In this document: positions 17,435 through 27,153 of the stretch, one piece after another | How positions within the stretch are numbered: position 1 is the first letter of the stretch | Layout of the letters: each line of letters begins with the position of its first letter | Source of the DNA: Trueperaceae bacterium | GTDB lineage: Bacteria > Deinococcota > Deinococci > Deinococcales > Trueperaceae | Assembly (NCBI GenBank): GCA_965213925.1 | Contig: OZ243927.1 | Coordinates: 4,064,001-4,128,000, forward strand | Direction of reading: 5' to 3' | Length of the DNA stretch: 64,000 nt | Notes under the pieces: model-generated | Told to the model about the DNA's origin: nothing | Databases searched by the model: none | What the model saw: the letters and a program-made list of their open reading frames with translations, nothing else | Made by a program: the position numbers and the translations under genes

Positions 17435-17974
17435 ATGGCACGAGAAGAGAGCAGATCTCAGACAGATACGCCAAACCATCTTTCGCAACACGAACGTTCC
17501 GGCGAGTCTTGGGCGAGCTTTCTGCTGCCCACCGCGCTGATTTTCGGCTTTGTCCTACTACTCAATTTAAGCGCGGAGGGCACGGGCGCAGAAGAGGTGA
17601 CGAGCCCGCTGGAGCACTGGCTCGAGCTGATCGTCGACTATCTCGCTTTCGGCGCGGAGATTGCGGCGGCGCTCGTGATCGGCGTCGCGGTGGTGCAAGG
17701 TATCTTCCGGTACCTAAAAAACCTCTTCGCGTCCTCTATAGACACCGCCGAAGCGACGGAGAATATCCGGCTCAAGCTGGGGCAGGTGCTGGCGCTGGGG
17801 CTAGAATTCACCGTCGCCAGCGATATCTTGCGCACCGCCGTCGCGCCGACTCGAGAGGATATCTTGATTCTAGGCGCGGTCGTGCTCCTGCGCACGCTGC
17901 TCAACTACTTCTTAGACCGAGAAATCCGTGAGGAGCGGGCGAAGCTGGAGGCGAAGGGTCGCGCAGCGACTTGA
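17435..17974 (+). CDS. DUF1622 membrane protein
   Basis: RLKLGQVLALGLEFTVASDILRTAVAPT..LRTLLNYFL. Confidence 0.85.
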   Translation: MAREESRSQTDTPNHLSQHERSGESWASFLLPTALIFGFVLLLNLSAEGTGAEEVTSPLEHWLELIVDYLAFGAEIAAALVIGVAVVQGIFRYLKNLFASSIDTAEATENIRLKLGQVLALGLEFTVASDILRTAVAPTREDILILGAVVLLRTLLNYFLDREIREERAKLEAKGRAAT

Positions 17975-18048
17975 GGCGGTAAAGTTACGTAGTAACGAAC
18001 GTGGACGGGGCTATTACATTGTCAACGAGGTATTGACACCCACTTACA

Positions 18049-18231
18049 TGTCACCCCGAGCCCTACGGTAAACGTAGGATAGGCTCTGCGAGGGGTCTCG
18101 TTTAACTACGCTAAAACTGCGTTTGCGTAGCCCTCCTTCGGGAGAACTTCCGTTCTCGGCAAGAGGAGAAAGCGAATGCAGAGATTCTTTCGCGGAGTCT
18201 ATCCTATGCTCGCGTAGGGCTCAGAATGACA
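18049..18231. repeat. Palindromic element family C (TGTCACCCYGAGC...CAGAATGACA), copy 1
   Basis: Ends TGTCACCCCGAGCCCTACG / CGTAGGGCTCAGAATGACA. Shares GGGTCTCGT and GCAGAGATTCTT with 20792-20897. Confidence 0.75.
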
Positions 18232-18338
18232 TAGTTCGTTGTTTAGCTGACGGTACACTCCATCCGCGTCCACCTACATAGAGTCAAAAGGTTGCATGCC
18301 ACCCTTCTTAGTGATGCGCGGTTTGCTAGCATGGAGGG

Positions 18339-20723
18339 GTGAATTTCATTAGTTTTGGCGCACCTTGGGCGCTGCTCGCGCTGCTCGCGCTGCCCCTCTT
18401 GCCGCGTAGGGGCGCGTGGTGGTGGCGCTACGGCGCGCTCGCCCTGCTCGTCCTCGCGCTCGCGCAACCCGCTATCATGCGCCCGAGCCAGCGCGTCGCG
18501 GTGCTCGTAGACGTGTCGCAGAGCGTAGGCGAGAGCGGCGTAGAGGCGCTGAGGACGTTTGACTTTAGGGGGCTCGAGGCCCCGCCTACGGTCTTCACCT
18601 TTGCGGGCGACACGACCCTCACCGAAGACGCCGCGCTTACAGCAAACCGCGCAGACAGGGCCCAGAGCGACCTCGCGAGGGCATTGCAGGTCGCCGCCGC
18701 CTCGGGCGCGGGGCGCGCCCTGCTCATCAGCGACGGCGCGCAGTCGCGCGGCGACGCGCGGCTCGCGCTGCCCGGTTTTCCGGTTGACACCTACCGCACG
18801 TCTGAGCAGAGCAACGTGCGCTTAGTCAGCTTGCTCGCCCCCGAGCAGGTGAGCCCCGGCGAGACGGTGGAGGTCATCGCGGTCGTCGAGAGCGACCGCG
18901 CGGCGGAGGTGACGCTCGAGGCGAGCGTCAACGAGACGGCGTTAGAGCCCATCCGCGCCTCCGTGGACGAAGGGCGCACGCCCCTGCGCTTCTCGCTGCC
19001 CGTCGGCGACGAGGGGAACCTGAGCGTGGACGCGGCTATAGAGGTCGACTTCGCGCAACCGACCGCGGACGACGCCCAGCGCTTAGACATCGCCGTCGCG
19101 GAGGAGGAGCCCGTCTTGGTCGTGGGCGACCCCGCCACCGCATCCTTGCTGGAAGCGCAAGGGTTCGCCGTGACGCGGGGCGAGCCGAGCAGCGTCACCT
19201 CGCCGCTCAACTACAGCGCCATCGTCCTGCGCGAGAGCGCGGAGCCCTTCACGCCGGGACAGCTCACCCTCTTGGAGCGTTATGTGAGCGACGGCGGCGG
19301 TTTGATGATGACGGGCGGCCCCGAGAGCTTTGGTCTGGGCGCGTGGTACCGCACGCCCGTCGAGGCGGTATTGCCGGTCAACACCGATTTGCGTACGAAC
19401 GTCGAACTCCCGCTCGTGGCGATGGTCATCGTCCTGGACCGCTCGCAGTCGATGAGCACGGGCAACCCGAGCAAAATAGACCTCGCTAAGGAGGGAGCCA
19501 TCGGCGTGGTCGAACTCGCTTACGAGAGAGACCTCTTAGGGCTCATCACCTTTAGCGACGAAGAGGAGTGGGCGTTCAGACCCCGCGAGGCGACCTCGCA
19601 GGGCAAGCGGGAGATGTTGGAGGCGATTTTAGACATCCCGACGCAAGGCGGGACGGTTTTAGAGCCCGCCTATCAGGAGGCGCTCAGCGCCCTGCGTGAG
19701 AGCGACGCGGCGATCAAACACGTCATCATCCTCTCGGACGGGCGGCTCAACGACGGGCGCGGTCCTTTCAGCGGCAGCGACGGCTTAAACTTCACGACGC
19801 TCGCGCAGCGCGGCGCGCAGGACGGCATCACCACCTCGGCGATCGCCATCGGTGACGGGGCGGACTTCGCGCGGCTGGAGAACATCGCCGACGCGGGCGC
19901 GGGGCGCTACTACGCCGCTCTGGACGTGAGCACGCTGCCGCGCATCTTCACGAGCGAAGCGCTGACCGCGACGCGCTCCTTGCTGCGCGAAGACCCCTTG
20001 CGCCCGACCCCGCGCGCCCACCCGTTAGCGCCGAACTTAGGCACGCCGCCCACCGTGAACGCCTACGTCGCGAGTTCGCTCAAGTCGGACGGCGAACTCA
20101 TCTTGGAGGGCGCGAACGGCGAGCCCATCTTGGCGGTGAGCCGCCAAGGGCTCGGGCGCAGCGCCGCGCTGACCACCGACCTCAACACCTTCGCGGGCGA
20201 CTTCGCGAGCTGGCCGGCGCTCCCCGGCGTGCTCGGCACGCTCACACGCTGGCTGCAGGCACGTCCGGCGGAATACTCCGCCACGGTGACGCCGCAAGGC
20301 GGCGGGCTCAGTGTGGTCGTGGACGCGGTGAAAGACGGGGAATACATCAACGACGAGCGGCTCTCGGTGCGCTATAACGGGGTGGAGAAAGACTTGGAGC
20401 AGGTCGCCCCAGGGCGCTACGAAGGGCGCTTGGACACGCCCGCCGAAGGGGGCACGCTGCTGGTCTCAAGCGGCGGTGATATCAAAGCCAGGGCGCAAGT
20501 AGGCGACCCCAAAGGCGAATTCAATATGTCGGGCGCGGAGAGCTTGCTGCGCGAGGTCGCGCAGCGCAGCGGCGGCGAGGTCATCGAGGAGGCGGGGCTC
20601 TACGCGCCCGACATGCCCCGGCAGCGCACCGCCATCTGGCACTGGCTGGCGGCGCTCGGGCTCGGGGTGTTTATGCTCGAGCTGCTCTTACGCCGCTTTG
20701 GGCTGCCTAACTTCAGGGGTTAG
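18339..20723 (+). CDS. Membrane-anchored VWA domain protein with glutamine-amidotransferase-like domain
   Basis: N-terminal BatA-like TM, DVSQS and DRSQS MIDAS motifs, GGGLMMTGGPESFG, C-terminal TM. Confidence 0.85.
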   Translation: MNFISFGAPWALLALLALPLLPRRGAWWWRYGALALLVLALAQPAIMRPSQRVAVLVDVSQSVGESGVEALRTFDFRGLEAPPTVFTFAGDTTLTEDAALTANRADRAQSDLARALQVAAASGAGRALLISDGAQSRGDARLALPGFPVDTYRTSEQSNVRLVSLLAPEQVSPGETVEVIAVVESDRAAEVTLEASVNETALEPIRASVDEGRTPLRFSLPVGDEGNLSVDAAIEVDFAQPTADDAQRLDIAVAEEEPVLVVGDPATASLLEAQGFAVTRGEPSSVTSPLNYSAIVLRESAEPFTPGQLTLLERYVSDGGGLMMTGGPESFGLGAWYRTPVEAVLPVNTDLRTNVELPLVAMVIVLDRSQSMSTGNPSKIDLAKEGAIGVVELAYERDLLGLITFSDEEEWAFRPREATSQGKREMLEAILDIPTQGGTVLEPAYQEALSALRESDAAIKHVIILSDGRLNDGRGPFSGSDGLNFTTLAQRGAQDGITTSAIAIGDGADFARLENIADAGAGRYYAALDVSTLPRIFTSEALTATRSLLREDPLRPTPRAHPLAPNLGTPPTVNAYVASSLKSDGELILEGANGEPILAVSRQGLGRSAALTTDLNTFAGDFASWPALPGVLGTLTRWLQARPAEYSATVTPQGGGLSVVVDAVKDGEYINDERLSVRYNGVEKDLEQVAPGRYEGRLDTPAEGGTLLVSSGGDIKARAQVGDPKGEFNMSGAESLLREVAQRSGGEVIEEAGLYAPDMPRQRTAIWHWLAALGLGVFMLELLLRRFGLPNFRG

Positions 20724-21250
20724 CGGATGAGCTTTATTCTAAAGTACTGCTCTTGAATACACTGTTAATTAAGTATTGCTACTTATTGTCATGTCACCCT
20801 GAGCCGAAGGCGTGAGGGTCTCGTCTCGCAATCTCTGCAAGAGAAGTCAGCAAGGGCAGAGATTCTTACACTCCGCTGCGCTCCGTTCAGAATGACATTA
20901 CTCATCTTTTACTTAACACTGTATTGAAAATGCGTCGCGGAAAGAATCTCGTCATCGGTGAGGGAGAGGTTTTTCGGGGCGACGACGAGCTTGTCGTCAT
21001 CGTCGTCGGTTCGGCGGAGTAAAGCCACGCAAAGGCCTTGGAAGGACTCGAGCGGTTCGTCAACCCCTAAAATATAGGCGTCGACCTCTCCCCCATCCGG
21101 CGCGCACGTATTTGGCACGAAACCGTAGTTGACGCGGTAGATGAGGTCGGGGTGACGCGGGTGAACGCTGCCGAGGGGTCTGTCGACGCGGACCTCGACC
21201 TCTCGCCCGAGCAAGCTGTGCGGGTCCGGCTGGTATTTACTCGTCCGCAT
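20720..21250 (-). pseudogene. Inorganic pyrophosphatase-family gene interrupted near its 3' end by a MITE
   Basis: VDRPLGS.HP, YRVNYGFVP, DGGEVDAYILG, DDDDKLVV. Removing the MITE restores ..THFQEQYFRIKLIR*. Confidence 0.8.
20758..20923. mobile_element. 166-bp MITE (family C core) with TIR and 5-bp TSD
   Basis: TIR TACACTGTTAATTAA vs TACAGTGTTAAGTAA (13/15); TTGAA duplicated at 20753-57 and 20924-28. Confidence 0.85.
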
Positions 21251-22382
21251 CTCGGCTGGATATAGGCTCGTCCACCTCGACTTTCATCACCTCGCGCAGC
21301 ACGTTGGTGGCGAAGGAGCCTTTGGGCAGAAAGAACGAGAGCCAGTAGCCGTCTTCGGTCGGCTCCACCTGGGCTTCGCTCAGCACCACACGGGTGATGC
21401 GGCGCGACCCTTTGCGGCTCCGAAAGTCCGCCCAGCGCAGCCCGAAATGCGTGAGCACCTCCTCCTCCAACGCGCCCGCCTCGCCTCCACTCACGCGCAC
21501 CTTTTTGCCGTAGAGGGGCTGCGTAGCGCTGATCTCCAACCGCGCTGCCCGTTCGTTCTCAACTAGAGCATCCTCCACCATAAAAACGCCGCCCGTATCG
21601 TGCTTTTTTGCCCAGTCGCCCGGCAAAACGCGCCCGTAAAGCCCGCGCCCTATGCGCAGTTTAAGCCCGTAGTTAAAAAGCTGCGACTGCAGCGCCGAAA
21701 CGAAAAAGCGCTTCAGGCGGTGACCGCCCGGCACCCATTCGCCGCGCACCAGTTTAAGCCCGTCCACTGCATTGTTGCCGAAACGCCCGAAGCGCTGTGG
21801 TCCGAAGTAGTTGGGGACGCCTTGCGCCTGGAGTCGGCCCAGCACTCGCTGCGCCCGCTCCGCCGCGTCCGGCTCGGCACCGCGCACCCTTATCCGGAAA
21901 TGGTTACCGAGCAGATGCCCGATGCCTAGCTTGTTTTTGTGCCGCGACCTCTCCAAAACCCGCACGCCCTCGACCTCGTTCAGCACCTCGAACGCCGCCG
22001 CGTGTCGGTTGGGTACGCTCAGCCACTGCTGCGTCAGCGCGTGTTTGTCTTTAAGCCCCGCCACGCCTATCTGCTTCTCTTCTAAGCCCGCGCCCTGCAA
22101 GGCGCTCACCAGGTCCCTCGTAGTGAGACCGCGCTTTTCGACCCAAGCGTAGGCGTGCGAGCCGTCTCCGTCCGGCAAGTAGAGCGGTTTTTCGGTCACG
22201 ACGAAATCTTCGGGTTCGTGGCGGACGCTGCCTCCTGTCCCGGCGATGTCGCCGCTCACTGCGGGCAGGTCCGCCCAGCGGAAGCGGAGCTTGGTGGTTT
22301 CCTCGAGCGTGACGCTGGACCTCTCCGCTCTGGACTCCTCTATCCCGGATGACGCTTCGGGCGGCTTTTCGGACTCAGACAT
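21237..22382 (-). CDS. truD: tRNA pseudouridine(13) synthase
   Basis: EDFVVTE, AGLKDKHALT, GNHFRI, PNYFGPQRFG, LPKGSFAT. Confidence 0.93.
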   Translation of the reverse strand: MSESEKPPEASSGIEESRAERSSVTLEETTKLRFRWADLPAVSGDIAGTGGSVRHEPEDFVVTEKPLYLPDGDGSHAYAWVEKRGLTTRDLVSALQGAGLEEKQIGVAGLKDKHALTQQWLSVPNRHAAAFEVLNEVEGVRVLERSRHKNKLGIGHLLGNHFRIRVRGAEPDAAERAQRVLGRLQAQGVPNYFGPQRFGRFGNNAVDGLKLVRGEWVPGGHRLKRFFVSALQSQLFNYGLKLRIGRGLYGRVLPGDWAKKHDTGGVFMVEDALVENERAARLEISATQPLYGKKVRVSGGEAGALEEEVLTHFGLRWADFRSRKGSRRITRVVLSEAQVEPTEDGYWLSFFLPKGSFATNVLREVMKVEVDEPISSRDADE

Positions 22383-22400
22383 CGAAGCTTAGACCGCGCT

Positions 22401-23069
22401 TCAAACTTTGTCCGCGTCGTGCGCCTCTAAATGCTCTTGCATGAGCCGCCGCGCCAACTCGAAGCGTTCGACGAGGGAGGGGGTCTCGAGCATCTCCTGG
22501 CGCTCGTGGGCGGGCACCCGCAAGTTAGCGCAGATGAAGGACGCCTGGTACAAGAGGTCGTCGGGCAGCGCCTCCTCGATCTGCTTCAGGGCGTCGAAGG
22601 CGAAAAAGGTCTGCGCGTAGTTGCGGAAGGTGTCGAGCGTGTCCCAGGCGCTCACACGCTCTAGGTTGGGGTCGTCGCGCCTCAACGCCTCGGGCTTGTC
22701 CTCGCTGTAGTAGAGGTAGCGCGTCGAGCCGTCCGCTTCGGTCACGGCGAGCTGGTCCGCGAGTTCGACGCGGCAGCGCTCTTGCCCGTGCGTCAAGATG
22801 TTGTAGCTCCCGTCGGGGTTTTCCGAGACCGACAAGATATCGACGTAGGTGCCGATGTCGTACGTCACGGGTAAGATAGCGTCGTCCAGCGAGTCGCTAA
22901 GCTCAAACAAGGACGTCTGCTTGGCGAGCACGATGACGAGCCGCTGCTGGTTGTTCTCGACGCAGTCTTTGACCATCCGCTTGTAGCGCTCCTCGAAGAT
23001 GTAGAGCGGCAGCGTCATTCCGGGGAAGACCACCGTCTCGGGTAGGGGGAAGAGCGGGAGTTTAGCCAT
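22401..23069 (-). CDS. LON peptidase substrate-binding domain protein
   Basis: LPLFPL..VVFPG..LPLYIFEERYK. Confidence 0.85.
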   Translation of the reverse strand: MAKLPLFPLPETVVFPGMTLPLYIFEERYKRMVKDCVENNQQRLVIVLAKQTSLFELSDSLDDAILPVTYDIGTYVDILSVSENPDGSYNILTHGQERCRVELADQLAVTEADGSTRYLYYSEDKPEALRRDDPNLERVSAWDTLDTFRNYAQTFFAFDALKQIEEALPDDLLYQASFICANLRVPAHERQEMLETPSLVERFELARRLMQEHLEAHDADKV

Positions 23070-23504
23070 GATCTTACGGTAGCAGGAAGGTCCTAAAAAA
23101 AGTGCAAGGTATGCAGTATTTACGGCGTCACCTGCGGCAGCGCTACAGTTCAGTATAAAAAGCAACGTGTGCCAAAGGGCGTTCTTTTGCTGGGCGCTGC
23201 TCAAACGTCGCAAAAGCAAGTCACGCGAAAGAGGTCGCGAAGAGTACTTTTAAGTGGCGGTTCCGACGGTCAACTTTGGCGGAGTAGCTAGCAGGGTAAC
23301 GGCGCGATATTCGAAGCCTAGCCTCAGGTTACGTGACCTCGATACAAGACGAAAAGCTGTGCCCTCCGAAGTCTTTGGTACGGCTTACGTAGATGCAGCC
23401 TTTGCCGCGGCGGAGACTCGCGCCGAAGTCTCGCCCGACTTAGGCTGCGTTTACATTTTGACGGCGCACAAGCTCATCGCCTTTAGAACGACTATAATAG
23501 AACG

Positions 23505-24317
23505 ATGAAACGTTCTTTCGGGCTGCTCTTTTTGAGCCTTGTATTGGTAGGCGCGTCGTGCAGCGCCCAAGAAGAATCGACCTCTTCTGAAGATTCGCCT
23601 ACGCCGCCGCCTACGGAAGTGGCGCGACTCGAGCCCCAAGTCTTGGGCTCTTACCCGCACGACTCAGATGCGTTTACGCAAGGGCTCTTATTCCACGATG
23701 ACCTCTTCTTTGAGAGCACGGGCTTGCGCGGACGCTCCTCATTACGTAAGGTCGAGCCGGAAACGGGCGAAGTTTTAGAGCAAATTAACATTCCTCAACC
23801 TTACTTTGCCGAAGGATTGGCGCTCGTGGACGACAGGCTCATCCAACTCACCTGGGAAGCGGGCGAGGCGTTCGTCTACACCCTCGACTTTGAGCAAACG
23901 GGGACGTTCAACTACACGGGCGAAGGCTGGGGGCTCTGCTATGACGGCGAGAGCCTCTACATGAGCGATGGCAGCGCGACGATCGACAAGCGTGACCCGG
24001 AGACGTTTGAACTCGAGGAAGAGGTTGCGGTGCGGCTGCGGGGTGCGCCCGTGGTGCGGCTCAATGAACTCGAGTGCGTAGAGAGTTCTATCTACGCCAA
24101 CGTGTGGCAAACGAACGACATCGTGAGGATCGACAAGGCGAGCGGGCAGGTTACGGCGATCATCGACGCTTCAGAGCTGCTGAGCGCAGAGGAGCGGGCG
24201 GAGTTAGAGGCGGGCGGCGTGCTTAACGGTATCGCCTACGACCCCGAAGCGGAAACTTTTTTCATCACGGGCAAGCTCTGGCCCAAAGTCTTTGAAGTAA
24301 ACTTTGTTCCTGAATAA
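23505..24317 (+). CDS. Glutaminyl-peptide cyclotransferase (lipoprotein)
   Basis: Lipobox GASC; FTQGL, ESTG, FAEGL, EGWGL, LNELE, ANVWQ, VLNGIA. Confidence 0.92.
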   Translation: MKRSFGLLFLSLVLVGASCSAQEESTSSEDSPTPPPTEVARLEPQVLGSYPHDSDAFTQGLLFHDDLFFESTGLRGRSSLRKVEPETGEVLEQINIPQPYFAEGLALVDDRLIQLTWEAGEAFVYTLDFEQTGTFNYTGEGWGLCYDGESLYMSDGSATIDKRDPETFELEEEVAVRLRGAPVVRLNELECVESSIYANVWQTNDIVRIDKASGQVTAIIDASELLSAEERAELEAGGVLNGIAYDPEAETFFITGKLWPKVFEVNFVPE

Positions 24318-24362
24318 TAACTTAGGAACGGTGTTCCAAGCTGAGGCGTGGTAAGTTAGTTT

Positions 24363-24977
24363 ATGAGCACACTGAATGCAGCACTTTTGAAACCGCTTTA
24401 TACGCAAACGGTTCGCGAGTGGCCCCTTATCGGTACGCCCGTCGCAGTGGCGGCGCGCTTCGAAGACGATTCGAAAAGCCGCTCTGAAGTCGCGGATCAG
24501 ATCATCGAATTCTACCTCTCACTATGTGGCACGACAGGCTTTGTCTGCGGCGTGCCCGGTCTCGCGGCTACGCCCGTGACGCTTCCCACTAACATTGTCG
24601 GCATCGCTTTTTTACAGCTCCACATGTGCGCCGCACTTGCGACCCTGGGCGGCTTCGACGCTCGCAGCAGCGCGGTGCGCGAGATGAGCGTGCGCTGTTT
24701 GCTAGGGGACAGCAAGGCGACGAGAGAGCGCGACGAAATCGAAGGCATCGCTAAGCGCGTCGCGACGAAGGTGGCGGAGCGCGGCGTCCGCGTCGCTACC
24801 GAACAGGCGCTAAAAGGCGCGTCTCAGGTGGTGCTGCGCCGGATTCCGCTCGTCGGCGGCGCTATCGGCTGCACGTCGGATGTACTCACGACGCGGCGCG
24901 TCGCTCACGCCGCGCGGCGGGCATTTTTAGAATCTGCGCCAGATTTGACGAAAGAACAAGAAGGCATCGCTGAGTAA
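24363..24977 (+). CDS. EcsC-family protein
   Basis: TTGFVCGVPG..LQLHMCAALA..IPLVGGAIG. Confidence 0.65.
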   Translation: MSTLNAALLKPLYTQTVREWPLIGTPVAVAARFEDDSKSRSEVADQIIEFYLSLCGTTGFVCGVPGLAATPVTLPTNIVGIAFLQLHMCAALATLGGFDARSSAVREMSVRCLLGDSKATRERDEIEGIAKRVATKVAERGVRVATEQALKGASQVVLRRIPLVGGAIGCTSDVLTTRRVAHAARRAFLESAPDLTKEQEGIAE

Positions 24978-24988
24978 GCGCGCGAGCG

Positions 24989-26623
24989 TCAAACTTTCTG
25001 CGTAGCGCTGACCTTCTCAGTCGCCCTTACGCCGCGCCGCCCGAAGCGCCGCGCGAGTTCTAACTCGCTTAGGACGAGCGCGGTGGGTCTACCGTGAGGA
25101 CACGCCCAGGGGGTTTCGCACTTCCCTAAGGCGTCGAGGAGGGTTTGTGCTTGGGCGTGCTCGAGCCTATGCCCTGCTTTTACCGCAGGCAGACACGCCA
25201 AGCGCCCTAACACCTTGCGCCACGCCTCGCCTGCGCTCCCTCTTCCTAAAGCGTCTACCACCACACCCCCGTAAAGCTCAGGATGACCGACTAAAAACGC
25301 AGGAACGGTGCGCAGTCGCCATCTGCCGCTGCCGAAGGGCTCTAACACGAGCCCTATTTCCGCCAACGCATCCCGCCGCTCCAGATACCGCGCCTCATCT
25401 TCAGGGGTAAGCGGTAAAAGCTCGGGAGAGGTCAGTTCCACGGGCGCTTCACGGCGGTAACGTTCTGCAAGTTCCTCGAACAAAATTCGCTCGTGCGCCG
25501 CGTGCTGGTCGATGACCCAGAGCTGCCCGGCCGCCTCCGCCAAGAGGTAAAGCTCTAAGTACGCGCCGACGTAGCGAAGCTCAGGGAAAGCGTGACGCGG
25601 CGCGGCGCTGACGCCTTGGACTGGGCTTAGGTCGGGTAAAGCGGGTGCGAGCGGATGGGCGCTGAGAGACGCCTCTACCGCCCCCTGCATAAACGCTGCA
25701 ACTTTTTCACGCTGCAAAAAGCGCACGCGACTCTTGTCCGGTGAGGTGTTGACTAAGACCTCTTCGGCGGGAAGCGTCAGGTTCAAGATTCCCACCGGAT
25801 AGTGACCGCTCGGCAAGAGTTCGCGGTAGGCGTTCATCACGGCTTTTAAGAGGTCGTCCGTCCACTCGACGGGACGCCCATTTACCGCCAGGAGAAGCCT
25901 ATCTCGGCGCGGGCGGGTCAGCTCGGGACGAGAGAGAAGACCGCGTAAGGTGTACGAAGATTGCTCTGCGTTTAGCTCTAAGAGCCGGTTCGCCGTCACC
26001 GGACCCCACAAGAACTTGACAGCTTCTGTGAAAGTTCCGCCTGCATACGTCCAGCGTTCTTCGTCGTCCGTGAAAAGCTTGAGCGTGAGGTCGGGGTGAT
26101 GCAGGAGGTAGCGGCTGAGGAGCAGGGCGGCTTTTTTGCCCTCGGTCGCAGGCGGCTCCAAAGCGCGGCGGCGAGCAGGGAGGTGCGCGAAGAGGTTCGT
26201 GACTTCGGCAGAGGTCCCGCTCGGTGCGGGGTGCGCGCGCTGGCTCACCGCGTCGCCTTCAGCGGTCAGGGTTGCGCCGCCGAGTTGATCCGTCGGGCGA
26301 CTCGTGAGGCTGAGGTGCGCCGCGTTTCTTACCGCGTAGAGTCCTTCGCCGCGAAAGCCTAAAGTCGAGATACCTTGAAGAGACTCGAGTTTCGACGTGC
26401 TGTGCGCTTCGACGGCTAAAGGGAGTTCCACTTCGGGAATCCCTGCGCCGTTGTCCCTGACTTTGATTTGCTCTATCCCGCCGCTATCTAAGGTGACTTC
26501 TAATCGCGTCGCTCCTGCGTCTAGCGCATTTTCCAGCAGCTCTTTAAGCACATCCACCGGAGCGCTAATCACCTCACCCGCTGCAATTTCACGAATAACG
26601 TCGGCAGGGAGTTTGCGAATCAT
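24989..26623 (-). CDS. mutL: DNA mismatch repair protein MutL
   Basis: IAAGEVI, KELLENALDAGA, GFRGEGL, DQHAAHER, CPHGRP. Confidence 0.95.
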   Translation of the reverse strand: MIRKLPADVIREIAAGEVISAPVDVLKELLENALDAGATRLEVTLDSGGIEQIKVRDNGAGIPEVELPLAVEAHSTSKLESLQGISTLGFRGEGLYAVRNAAHLSLTSRPTDQLGGATLTAEGDAVSQRAHPAPSGTSAEVTNLFAHLPARRRALEPPATEGKKAALLLSRYLLHHPDLTLKLFTDDEERWTYAGGTFTEAVKFLWGPVTANRLLELNAEQSSYTLRGLLSRPELTRPRRDRLLLAVNGRPVEWTDDLLKAVMNAYRELLPSGHYPVGILNLTLPAEEVLVNTSPDKSRVRFLQREKVAAFMQGAVEASLSAHPLAPALPDLSPVQGVSAAPRHAFPELRYVGAYLELYLLAEAAGQLWVIDQHAAHERILFEELAERYRREAPVELTSPELLPLTPEDEARYLERRDALAEIGLVLEPFGSGRWRLRTVPAFLVGHPELYGGVVVDALGRGSAGEAWRKVLGRLACLPAVKAGHRLEHAQAQTLLDALGKCETPWACPHGRPTALVLSELELARRFGRRGVRATEKVSATQKV

Positions 26624-27153
26624 GCGCTTTTACCCGGTGCGCCCTGAAGCGTCCAGTGTAGCGGGTTGGTGCGGATGTAAGCACGAGTCCGGTTGAGGTC
26701 GTCCTCGTTACGAATGACGTGATCGAAGTAGCCGCGTTGCCACAAAGGAGTGCCGGGCGTGCTGCGCTGCTTGTTGATTTGCTTCGCGCTCACCATCTTA
26801 AAACGCTCCATCAATTTTGGCAGAAGCATAGTCCGGCGCGTCCGTAGGGGCGATTCGTGAATCGCCCCTACGCCGTTTGCCTCCGTATCGTGCAGAAATA
26901 CGACGCCGTGAAGGTGGTCAGCCATGATGATAAATTCGTCTAAAGAGACATGTTCGTGATGATTCGGTAAATCCAGCCAAGCGTTTTCGACAATCTCTCC
27001 ATATTTACTTAACTCAACCTCTTCATCTACGATTTTGCCAAAGACAGGTTCTCTACCCTTTACAACCACCGTCACGAAATACGCGCCCGCCTGACTATAA
27101 TTGTAACTCGGTAGCCGCAGAGAGGTGCGCCGACGTGGTTTGGGGTCATTCAT
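26620..27153 (-). CDS. HUH (Y1) transposase of REP-associated tyrosine transposase (RAYT)/IS200-like family
   Basis: SLRLPSYNYSQAGAYFVT, MADHLH (HUH), WQRGYFDHVIR, YIRTNP (catalytic Tyr). Confidence 0.88.
   Translation of the reverse strand: MNDPKPRRRTSLRLPSYNYSQAGAYFVTVVVKGREPVFGKIVDEEVELSKYGEIVENAWLDLPNHHEHVSLDEFIIMADHLHGVVFLHDTEANGVGAIHESPLRTRRTMLLPKLMERFKMVSAKQINKQRSTPGTPLWQRGYFDHVIRNEDDLNRTRAYIRTNPLHWTLQGAPGKSA
26843..26872. repeat. GTAG-type REP-like palindrome inside the RAYT CDS
   Basis: CGTAGGGGCGATTC-GT-GAATCGCCCCTACG, perfect 14-bp arms. Confidence 0.8.

Noticed and set aside
26620..27153. An active IS200/IS605 insertion sequence
   Set aside because: There are no non-coding ends with subterminal hairpins and no tnpB, and both ends overlap host genes. 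It fits a RAYT-like resident gene better.
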